Assembly (NCBI GenBank): GCA_028534125.1
Contig: CM052817.1
Span: 106,084,001 to 106,148,000 of the forward strand
Reading direction: 5' to 3'
DNA from: Lama glama
Lineage: Eukaryota
Length of the DNA stretch: 64,000 bases
Shown here: positions 52,985-64,000 of the stretch, piece by piece
Numbering within the stretch: the first letter of the stretch is position 1
Layout: each line of letters begins with the position of its first letter
Translations under genes and position numbers: made by a program
The notes under the pieces: model-generated
The model's input: the letters and a program-made list of their open reading frames with translations, nothing else
Database searches by the model: none
What the model was told of the DNA's origin: nothing

Positions 52985-53632
52985 ACTAAAAATCAGAGTT
53001 ACCATATGATCCAGCAATCCCACTCCTGGGCATATATCTGGAGGTAACTCTAACTCAAAAAGACACATGCACCTCAATGTTCACAGCAGCACTATTTACA
53101 ATAGTCAAGACATGGAAGCAACCTAAATGTCCATCAACAGATGACTAGATAAAGAAAATGTGGTATATATGCACAATGGAATACTACTCAGCCATAAAAA
53201 AGAATGAAATAATTCCATTTGCAGCAACATGGATGGACCTGGAGATTGTCATTTTAAGTGAAGTAAGCCAGAAAGAGAAAGACAAATATCATACGATATC
53301 ACTTATATATGGAATCTAAAAAAATGACACACACAAAAATAAACTTATTTACAAAACAGAAATAGACTCACAGACATAGAAAACAAACTTATGGTGACCA
53401 AAGTGGAAAAGAGGAGGGATAAATTAGGAATTTGGGCTTAGCAGATTCTAACTACTATATGTAAAATAGATACACAGCAAGGTCCTACTGTACAGCACAG
53501 GGAACTATATTCAATACCTTGTAATAAGCTATAATAAAAATATGAAAATAATTTATATATATGTATAACTGAATCACTATGCTGTCCACCAAAAACTAGC
53601 ACAACACTGTAAATTAACTAAACTTTAATTTC
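52985..53632 (+). mobile_element. Young L1 3' end
   Basis: ttaccatatgatccagcaatcccactcctgggcatatatc...aacactgtaaattaacta. Confidence 0.93.
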
Positions 53633-54214
53633 AGGAAGAAGCGAAACAAGCAGGTGTGAGCTCAGGCTTCACTCAGAACTCTTGGCCTCACAGCACCAGG
53701 GCATCTTACTCAGGTTACCAGATTCCTGGACTTAGAACTGTGGAACTGAGATAGGACTGGGTTAGCTAGACTTTTCTAGAAGCCATGCAAACAGACTCCG
53801 AGACGAGGCATACAGCTATGTTATAGCTTTGATATCTAAAGCAATCTACAGACCCTTTTTTCATTTTGTGCTGTCTAAAGCACTTGAAGATCATTAGAAG
53901 GGTGTGAGTTTGAAGACAGGTGCCCTGCCGTCATTGTACAAAACTCTACTTAAGCAACCAGAATTAAAGATATTCTATAATCTACACTAGTCCTACCAGG
54001 CAGGCATTAGAAATGCAAAGGCACGCTTGCTCCCTAGATGGGGGAAGGGAGTAGAAATAGCAGTATATTTTATAACGAAAACAAGACTATCGCTTTACTA
54101 ATCATTTCAACTCAGTGAAGCGTATTAAGAATGGAATTGATGTAGGATATTCTGCGGGACTGATAAAACTAAAGTGAATAAACATGTTAAAATTAAAGCC
54201 ATGTCAAAATACTT

Positions 54215-54455
54215 GTACACCATCTACAGCCGGGGGTCTGTAGTTAATAATATTATATTATATATTTGAAAGTGTCTAAGAGATTAGACCTTAAGATTTC
54301 TCATCACAAGAAGAAAAATGTGTTGCTATTTGTGGTGATGGATGTTAACTAGACTTTCTGTGATGACTATTTTGCAATAAGTACATGTATCAAATCATTA
54401 TACACCTGAAACTAATGTAATGGTGTAAGTCAATTATATCTCAATTAAAAAATAA
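54215..54455 (+). mobile_element. L1MA-type 3' end
   Basis: ttctcatcacaag...gtgatggatgttaactag...caattatatctcaattaaaaaa. Confidence 0.8.
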
Positions 54456-54865
54456 GAGAAGAAAGTTTTAAATCAATAACCTTTATCCCCACTTCAAGAA
54501 ATGAGAAAAACAAAACCATAGCAAGCTGAAGAGATGAACATTTTTATAAAATATCCCAAACAAAATGAATATGAAATATTAACTTCTTTTTGCATAGACA
54601 CACAGGCTCATTAAATAATTACAAAGAAGCAGACCATTATGAGCTCATTTGAATCATTTATTTATAGGTCAAACTATGAGAAAAGAAACACATATAAATG
54701 CCCAATTGATCCCTAGTAATAAGCAAATCCAAGAATAGCTTATGATTAGAAATCAATTCTATTAGAATTTGAAAAATACAAACACAAAGAATTGAGGGGT
54801 TTTTTTCTCCTTAACTCCACATTCTGTCACAGTTATTATGAGAATTAATGAGAAATCATCCCAGA

Positions 54866-55087
54866 TCAGTGGTAATCAACTGGATATGATCTTGTCCCTT
54901 GGGAGATACTTGGCATTGTCTGGAGACATCTTGGATCATGACAACTAGGGAAGAGGGTGTGTTACTGGCATCCAGAGGTAGATGCCAGAGCGAATGCTGA
55001 ACTCCCTGCACACTACAGGATAATCCCCACAGCAAAGAATTATCTGCCCCTAAGTGTCAATAATGCTGGGATTCGGAAACCCTACTC
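54866..55087. mobile_element. MER20-like hAT MITE
   Basis: cagtggtaatcaac...ttggcattgtctggagacat...aagaattatctgccc...gaaaccct. Confidence 0.82.
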
Positions 55088-55549
55088 TGAAATCATCTAA
55101 AATAATATGCAAATATTCATCACCTGATAATAAACATCTCTTAAGCACATTTATAGTTTGGAATTCAACCAAAATCCATTCTTTCAGTCAGCTGCTCATT
55201 CAGCAAATGTTTATTGAGGACCTAGTGCATCTTAAGTACAGTGCTGCTTGATAGGATTAGTTGAATGCAGAAAATGACTACACTTGATCTTCATTTTATT
55301 CTCTTGCGCTTCATCATGCTTCTTTGTTGCCTAACAATTTAGGATTGGCACACCCACTAATAAACACAAAGATGCCATTCTGGACTACAGGCATTGTTAG
55401 TTAGTTTGGAATGGAACCTACAGTTGGAAATGTATTTTAAACACCATTCTAATGGGAAATCTATAGTATTTCATCTCTGTCATCAAATTCTAGAATACAT
55501 GAACAGAATTTAAAATATGCTTTCATTTAAGGAAGAAGAGTGTCATCCT

Positions 55550-55868
55550 GTTTATTTTAATTGAAGTACCGTCAGTTACAATGCGTCAATTTCTGGTGTA
55601 CAGCACAATGTCCCAGTCATGCATATATATACATATATTTGTTTTCATTTTTTTCATTAAAGGTTACTATAAGATACTGAACATAGTTCCCTGTGCTATA
55701 CAAAAGGAACTTTTCAAAATCTATTATTTTTATATATAGTGGCTAACTTTGTAAATCTCAAACTTCCAAATTTAAGTTGTGATATATTTATACAACGGAA
55801 TACTATTCAGCAATAAAAAAGAATAAAATAATGCCATTTGCAGCAACATGGATGGACCTAGAGATTGC
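55550..55868 (-). mobile_element. Short 5'-inverted young L1
   Basis: 55550-55773 is an antisense 3' end, 55774-55868 a sense internal piece; tcctgttt flanks both sides. Confidence 0.8.
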
Positions 55869-56604
55869 CTTCCTGTTTTGAGCATTTATAATTTTGACCA
55901 AAAATAGATCAGAAGTAATGAATTAAAAATATGTAAGACACTAATTCTATTATGCCTCAGACATAGTAAGTGGGCAGCCAATATGTGTTAGTAAAGAAAT
56001 ATACTATGTAGGATGTAACACGTGAGGAAGCCATATATCTTACAGTTTTGCCTTTTTTAGGTGTATCACGTGACCAAGGCTTTGTAAGATACAGAGGACT
56101 TTGCTTATTTACATAAGTGGAAGAATTAATCTCTGATTCCTTTCTCTCATGTCCTAACTGAAAACTGTATTTTAGAATTAAACTTGTAAAATGAATGTAA
56201 TTCATAGAAGATGGAGAACCATTTTACTTTTTTTTTTCTAATTCATCTACTACACCCCAAGTGAAAAGGGAAGGCAAAGTTGATAGTCTATTCAGTGCTT
56301 ACCAACTCTTGGAGCAAAGACATGCTCTGAAATGAAGAATATTAATTATAACCCATGTCATCCTATCCCATAGAATGAAGACTATAAAGATTGTGGGTAA
56401 AAACTGTGTTTTTGTGATCTCTTGTCTGAAACTAATTTCCTAGTAATAAGTGTTGAAATATAATAAAAGAAACCTCAAACCTTTTGATCCTCTTTCCTCA
56501 GAATATGTCTGTATTAGCACGAATAGGTGTATTATATCAACATGAATAACACCTGCATAGTGGATGCTCCTGATGGTCTATTTCAGATTATTTAAAAATC
56601 AAAA

Positions 56605-57077
56605 AGAAGTAACTAGGGTTCAGGCATCCAAAATGAAGCCGGTGGCTAGCATGGATGTGGCTTCAGACATGTTCCTGAATCACTGAGAACCTGAATTTTC
56701 TGAACGGTGTCAAACTCAAAGACACCACCAGCTGTTTTCCAAAAGATATCTTCTAGCAGCTGCCAGCTGCAACTTTGTGGTTTCAAAGTACCCCCCAAAC
56801 TTCCCAACTATGTAATCATTTCGAACCCCAACCCATCCTTGCTTAACAAGCGCCCTCACATCTTCCCAGCTCCAATCCTACATTTTGACAAACAACATAT
56901 GTAACCTTGTGGGTTATGCCTTTAAAAACTTCCCCCATTTTGTTGTCTACTGGAATTCACACAACAGTTCAGTTGCTTCTTGGATCTGTGTCTCAAGGGC
57001 TGCAGTCCAAACAAATCCCAAATAAACATTTTTTTCCCCTCAACCAGGTCTCTGTTCTTGGAATTCTTGGTTAACAT
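56605..57077 (+). mobile_element. Probable solo LTR (ERV1 type)
   Basis: TATA-like tttaaaaac, AATAAA near 57021, ends ggttaaca. Confidence 0.6.
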
Positions 57078-58026
57078 TCCTAATATCCTATGGCCTATAT
57101 GTATTAACTCCTGGATTCTCAATGGCCCACAACTATTGATAAATTCTGGACTGTTCATAAGATCTGGGTGATAATTCTTGTTCAAATACTCAAAGATTAC
57201 TAACTTTTCTTCTTACTGTTTTGATGCTTCTATTTTTATTTTCAATAATGTTAAGTTTTCAAAGATTTGATGACGTCTAAGGGGGAGAATCGGGGCTACA
57301 AGGTAACCTAGAGTACTCCCTGCTACTATTACTGCTGTTCCCATCACTGCTACCAGAGGTGGGTGAGTGAAGAGACTAATGGGCAGAAGAGAAAGAGAAG
57401 TCACTGAAGGACTCCTGACTTCTACTCTGACTTGTAAGGCGCTTGAAAGTTATCACTCCCATCCTGATAAGAAAGAAAATTAGGCACACTGAGAATTAAC
57501 AATGTCTGTGAATGGACTCACAGCCGCAATCTGCTTATCAGGAGCAGAGACCAGTGGAGCCATGCCCTGGCGGAAACATGTCAATGGGATTTCTGATGAA
57601 TGGTTAGAGGCTTCGCGTAGACAAGCATGGAAGTGGGAAGCTCCTTCAGGCCTCTGTCTTGTGGGAGAAGGTCCCAAATATTCATGGGCTTTCCCTCCAG
57701 GAACCCCACTGGGCTCCTGCATCGTGGTGAAGATTTGAGAAAGAAACCATGTGGCTCTGGCAGGGAGAGAGGAAATGCAGATCATTGTGCAGTGTGCCCG
57801 AGCATCTTCCATAACAGAGGCCTCCCAGGAGGAAAGACTGCTGGGGGAAAGGCGTTCCTTCCAAGCCAACCCCTTCTCACTGCCCCAGGGTCTCCCATGG
57901 GAAACAGAAAGCAAAGAGCAGAGTCAACTGGGGCTGGCGATGAGGATCACTGTCGGCTGGGGAGAGTGTAGGGAGCGATGAGGGCCAAGCTAACCCACTA
58001 GAGGAAAACCTGCCCACCAGGCCCGG

Positions 58027-58526
58027 NNNNNNNNNNNNNNNNNNNNNNNNNNNNNNNNNNNNNNNNNNNNNNNNNNNNNNNNNNNNNNNNNNNNNNNNNN
58101 NNNNNNNNNNNNNNNNNNNNNNNNNNNNNNNNNNNNNNNNNNNNNNNNNNNNNNNNNNNNNNNNNNNNNNNNNNNNNNNNNNNNNNNNNNNNNNNNNNNN
58201 NNNNNNNNNNNNNNNNNNNNNNNNNNNNNNNNNNNNNNNNNNNNNNNNNNNNNNNNNNNNNNNNNNNNNNNNNNNNNNNNNNNNNNNNNNNNNNNNNNNN
58301 NNNNNNNNNNNNNNNNNNNNNNNNNNNNNNNNNNNNNNNNNNNNNNNNNNNNNNNNNNNNNNNNNNNNNNNNNNNNNNNNNNNNNNNNNNNNNNNNNNNN
58401 NNNNNNNNNNNNNNNNNNNNNNNNNNNNNNNNNNNNNNNNNNNNNNNNNNNNNNNNNNNNNNNNNNNNNNNNNNNNNNNNNNNNNNNNNNNNNNNNNNNN
58501 NNNNNNNNNNNNNNNNNNNNNNNNNN
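58027..58526. other. Assembly gap (500 N)
   Basis: Run of N. Confidence 1.
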
Positions 58527-58529
58527 AAA

Positions 58530-61500
58530 AAAAAACTCCAATGGAAAAAGTAGGAAACATGCAAGTATAGATAGGTAAAATAAACAGAGAGATGGCAATT
58601 CTAAGAAGAAATCAAAAGAAAGAGCTAGTAATAATATTTTTTTAAAAAACACTATAATGGAAATGAAGACTGTTTTGACAGGTTTATCAGTAGGTTTAAC
58701 ATGGCTGAGGAAAGAGTGAGTTTGAAGATCTGTCGATAGTAACTTTCCAAACTGAAATGCAAAGAGGAGAAAAAAAGAAGAATGAAAAACAAACAAAAAG
58801 AACAAGACAGGACTCAAAGATATAGAATACAAACTTGTGGTTGCCAGGGGGAGGAGGGTGGGAAGGGACAGACTGGGAGTTTGAGATTTTTAGATTCTGA
58901 CAGGCATATGCAGAATAGATAAACCAGATCATACTGTATAACACAGGGAAATGTATACAAGATCTTGTGGTAGCTCACGGTGAAAAAGAATGCGACAATG
59001 AATATATGCATGTTCATGTATAACTGAAAAATTGTGCTCTACACTGGAATTTGACACAACATTGTAAAATGACTATGACTCAATAAAGTAAAATTTAAAA
59101 AAAATAACAAAACAAAGAGGGAGACAGTTATAAAAATGTATAACATATACATAAGTGGAACAAAAGAAGGAGAAGGGGAAAGTGCAGAGGAAATACTTTT
59201 AGTAATAATGGCCAAAACATTGGAAATATAAAGAAAGAAGCCAGTTACAAAATAATACATTCATATAAGTGGATTCATATAAATGTCCAGAATAGGGAAA
59301 TTTATAGAGACAGAAAGTACATTAGTGGTTGCCTAGGGGATGGGAAGGTGATGAAAGGATGGATCATTATAGCTAAAGAGCACAGGGTTTCTTTTTGAAG
59401 TGATAAAAAAGTTCTAAAATTGACCTTTCTGATGATAGAACATATCAGTGACTATACTAAAAACCATTGAATTGTACACTTTCAATGGATGTATTTTATA
59501 CTATAGGAGCTGTATCTCAATAAAGCTGTTAAAAGTGAAATTTAAAAAATTAATGGCTCAAAACTTTCCAATTTAATGGCAGGCATCAAACCACCAAACG
59601 ACAGATTCAGGAAACTTAGAGAACATTAAACAGAATAAACATTAAACTAAAACATAACAACAACAACATAAAACACCCAGATAAATTATATTCAAGTTGC
59701 AGAAAACCGCAGATAGTAGGAAGCTTTGAATGAAGACAGAGAGGAGGTGGGCATCTTAAGTATCAAAGAGCCAGCTAAAGAATCACAGTTGACATCCCAT
59801 CGGAAACCATGTCAGTAAGGAACATGTCAAAAGAGCAAAGTCATCAACCTATAATTCTATGTCCATTCAAATTATCTACCAAAAGTGAAAGAGAAATAGA
59901 GATTTTCTCAGACAAAACAAAAACAAAAACACTAACAAAAACAAAAACACTAACAGAATCCATTGCCAGCAGTCCTGCCCTGCAAGAAATGTTAAAAATC
60001 CTTCAGGCAGAAGGAAAATATTGTTGGTCAGAAACGTGTATGCACATAAAGAAAGTAAACACATCAGAAAAGAAATAAATGAGGTTAAAGTAATTTTATT
60101 TTCTTATATTTTATTGATCTAAAAGGAAACTCTGTTTTTAATGGAACAATAGTAACAGTGTTCCATTGGGTGATTGGAGTACATGAATTACTGCAATGAG
60201 TGACAATAGTATCACAAGGGACAGAAAAGAGGAATTGGAATATGGGAAGTTACCTGCACTACACATGATAGAGTGTACTGTTATATGAAGCAGCATTTAA
60301 ACTAGTTAAAATGTATATTATAAACTCTAGAACAATCACTTAAATCTTACAAATAAATATATTTAATAGTGTAAGAGAACTGATACCAACTGAAACATTT
60401 AATTATAAAATGCTAGATTAAAACCAGAGAATACAGAATGATAGAAGGGAAAAAGAATAACAAATGTAATGAATAGAAAATGGTTGCATACATGGTAGAT
60501 ATTAATCCAATTCTATCAATAATCACATTAAACGCCTAAAAGCACATATTAAAAGGTAGCAATTGTCAGAGTGGATAAAAATGACAAAACCCAATTATAT
60601 ATCGTCTGAAAGAAACCCATTTTAAATATAAAGATTCACATATGCTAAAAGCAAAATAATGTCAAAAGATATATCAGGCTGATAATAATAAAAAGAAAGT
60701 TGAAAAAGCTACATTAATTCCAGATAGATCAGACTTTGAACCAAGGAATGTTATCAGGGGTATTCATAATGATTCTCCAAGAAAACGTAATAGTCCTAAA
60801 CATCTATGACCTAATAAGAGAAAGTCAAAATACATAAGTCAAAAACTTTAAGTGGTCAAAGGAGAAACATACAAATCTGACTTCAACATCCTCTTTTCAG
60901 TAATTAGCAGATCAAACAGGCAAAAAATAAATGAGGCTATAGAAGACCTAAACAAAAGTATTAACCAACTTGATCTCATTGACAGAGAACATTCCATCCA
61001 ACAGCAAAATACAAATTCCTCTCAAACTCACATGAAACATTCACCAAAGCAGTCCAATTTCTAGGCCACAAAATACACTGAACAAATTTTAGAAGAATAT
61101 ATTATCATACAAAGTATATTCTCAGACAGTAATGAAGTTAAATTAGAAATTAATAACAAAAAGATACCAAAAAAATTCCCAAAATTTGGGAGAATAAACA
61201 ACACACTTATAAATAACATAGAGGTCAAAGAAGGAGTCGTAAGAGAAATTAAAACAATAGTTTGAACTAAGTGAATACAAAAAACTCATCAAAACCTGTA
61301 GGATGTATGGAAGGAAGCAGTGCTTAGAAGGAAATTTATGACACTGAGTGCATATGGTAGAAAATACTCAAAATAAATAATCCAATCTTTTACTCCAGGA
61401 AACTAGAGAAAAAAAAAGAGCAATGTAAGCCTAAAGTAAACAGAAGAGAAATTAAAAAAAAATTAGCAAAATTCAGTTAAATCACAAGCAGAAAGCAATA

Positions 61501-61560
61501 GAGAAAATCAATGTAAAACAAAGCTGTTTCTTTGAAATTATTAGTGAAATTGAAAAAAGG
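58530..61560 (+). mobile_element. Old L1M ORF1/ORF2 (endonuclease) region with nested younger L1 3' ends (about 58815-59105 and 59230-59535)
   Basis: DFNILFSVISRSNRQKINEAIEDLNKSINQLDLID (60852-61064) is L1 endonuclease-like; ORF1 C-terminal-like ASSPALQEMLK (59809-60078). Confidence 0.88.
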
Positions 61561-64000
61561 TGACTTTTCATTCATTTTTCCATCCTTACTCATTTAATCT
61601 AATAAAATAGTGTGTAAGTCCATATAGTATAACACATCAATGCACTAAAGGTGCTACTCTGTGTAAATGTTTAAGGTTGTATCTATTTAAGTATCAAGGT
61701 TATAGTAACAGAATCATTTATCTCCTAGATGACCATAATTTTGTTTTTTACCCTGATGATACGTTAATTCTGTATTCATGTTACACTTTTTTTCAGTTTG
61801 AAAATATATGATACATTTAATATGAGGAATTAAAAGTATAATATTACTATAAGAAGTTTTTTTCTTATTCCACAATAACATATTTTTGTTTTGTTTTTGT
61901 TTTATTTCATGTTTTTGAATTTATATGAACTTTTGTATCAATTATCAGCAGAGTTCAGGCAAACCACTTTTAACACTGCAGAGTATTATTTTAATAAATG
62001 CCATGATTCTGAAAAGCAAAGATAAATGAACAAACACATTATGAAAAGCTCAAAATCAAGGAAATCACCTGGAGAATAAAAAAGCACTAATCTGGGATAC
62101 CTAACATAACAAAGAAGGTTCAAATAATTGAATAACTTATTTAAATTTGTTATGAAATCTATTTTTTAAAGAATTATTAAGCCCTCGTATCTTCACTCTG
62201 TTTCACAAAGTGAAATTTCATGTGGACTATGGATTCTTGTACATATATATATGCTACAAAAAAGCACAAATCTAGCATGCTTGTGTTCGGAAATTCCACA
62301 AAGTGTGAGCCCTCATCTAATCTATGCATAGAGAAAGATGCGAATTCTCAAAGCTTGTGAAATGTATTTATATACGTACATGTCAGAAATAAGGGTTTTG
62401 CATGCCTTTTATTTAGCTTGTGTGATTAACATGTGATGAAATTTGAGGACGTTGTGGAGAGCAGGATTATAGCTGTGAACACAGCGGAGATTAATCCTGA
62501 GGGAGATGTTAAGACAAGATCTTAAGGGGCTTTGTCTTTGCTGATTGATTCAAATAGTCAACCAGTGGGCATCTCCGATGCACGGAGAGAAAGTTCCAGT
62601 TGCATGTAGTCCACGAGCATCCATCAGACCTGTTCTGGGTTATAAAGCTCATTCACACAATTGTTCTCAGCGGCCACCAGCCAGATGCTTCCGTGTGCAT
62701 GGCTGCAGGCTGGACATCCAGTTCATTGGAGTGTCTCTCCTTTTCCAACTCTTCTTGGTTGTGGCTGTTCTTCCTATAAATGACTCCCTTTTACATTCTG
62801 ATTCTAGTTTCATCAACAAACCGATAGTTCAACAATGCTTGTAATTTTGCCCACACCATAAGCAGTAGTGCCTTAATAGAAAAGATCATTGCCCCTAACT
62901 CAGTGTTTACATTTTATTAATTCTTCAATCTATAGATTATCCTACTTTATGAAGCTCAAATATTTGAAATACACTTAACACATTATCATATGGATCTGAA
63001 AATAGCGAAAACTCAGCAAAATGTATGACTGTCCGTTTGAAACTCTCTAAAGGTGAACTTTGTTAGCAATTAAGAAAGGATATGTGAAACTTCAATGTTT
63101 TTATGATGTTAATGCAAATATAATATTTCAGATAATCATCCACAGAGACTAGACCATAAATCTTCAGCAAAAATAGACAGATAAATGATTCACTTTAAAA
63201 TTCTCCCCAAATGACTCACAGAAACTTTAGAAACAGGAAACATTTCTCCTATGGCTGTTGCCCATTTTCCTAAGCAGAGAAGCTCAAGTATTTGCACCCA
63301 TCAAACTAAGACATAAAATAAAAATAAGTAAATAAACACTTTCAAAAGCTGAAAAATAATCAGTGTTATTATGTTTTCTTCAGTTCTTATTCAACAAACA
63401 TTGATAATAGACAATTAACATTTCAGTTTTATTGGTAAGAATGATCCTAAATCACACTTCATAGGGAAAACACACAACATAAGATTTGTACTTGAATGTG
63501 TTCATTTTCCAGATTCAACTGATGATCAGTGCACTAAAAGTCATTCTTCACTGGTTTCGCTTTTAGTTCTGTACGCTTTACATACATACAGGTCTTTAAT
63601 TATGAAAGTGTATACTCCACTTAAAATTCTGGCAAAGGAACATTTTATGTGTATAATAAAGACAAAATACCACAGGTAGGTTATAAAGATGGTAAAGATA
63701 TTAAATAAGGTTATAAAATTAGCTTCTGTGTTGTGTGTTAGAAATGAAAGCATCCTTTAGAAACAGAGGATAATGAGTTGGAGCTATTTGAAGAAAAATA
63801 TATGCATGCATCGGGATTAGAGAGATTACCTGGTGAATTGTCATTAGAGAAAAATGCTGAACAATTGAAAAGCTCTAAGTATAGTTTTTTTTTATTCCAG
63901 AGAAATAGAGATTTCATCTTTAGAGATGTTAACTACTTCAAAAATTAAATACATTTTAATTGTGTAGACTTAGGTTATCTTTGTAACAGGTAACTAGAAA

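Noticed and set aside
57480..57981. Overlapping 76-144-aa ORFs in GC-richer sequence
   Set aside because: They sit directly 5' of the old L1 ORF1 region, probably as L1 5' UTR, with no splice or homology support.
57877..58832. Long ORFs of 188-280 aa
   Set aside because: Artefacts of the N gap plus L1 sequence.
63829..63873. Possible 45-nt exon with CAG/GTAATC donor
   Set aside because: The acceptor lacks a polypyrimidine tract and the peptide is not recognisable.

Overview
AT-rich mammalian genomic DNA with two 500-N assembly gaps. It is most likely camelid, because it carries a tRNA-Ala-derived Vic-1-type SINE and many young L1 3' ends of one subfamily. No intact protein-coding gene can be supported, and nearly all ORFs in the supplied track come from repeats, gaps or chance. 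The main signal is a decayed, intron-containing (unprocessed) gene on the minus strand, about 37.8 kb to 19.7 kb. Its nine 3' exons have GT-AG boundaries and join in phase into a 451-codon frame broken only by five stop codons. Its more degraded 5' exons carry motifs in the order expected for a Mab-21/cGAS-like (cGLR) nucleotidyltransferase fold. That family assignment is made by eye and needs an HMM or structure check. The rest is a repeat landscape: L1 fragments (two 5'-inverted), ERV1-type solo LTRs with TSDs, an ERVL/LTR16 gag-pol relic, an env-bearing ERV relic, hAT MITEs, L2, MIR and an RPS14 retrocopy.
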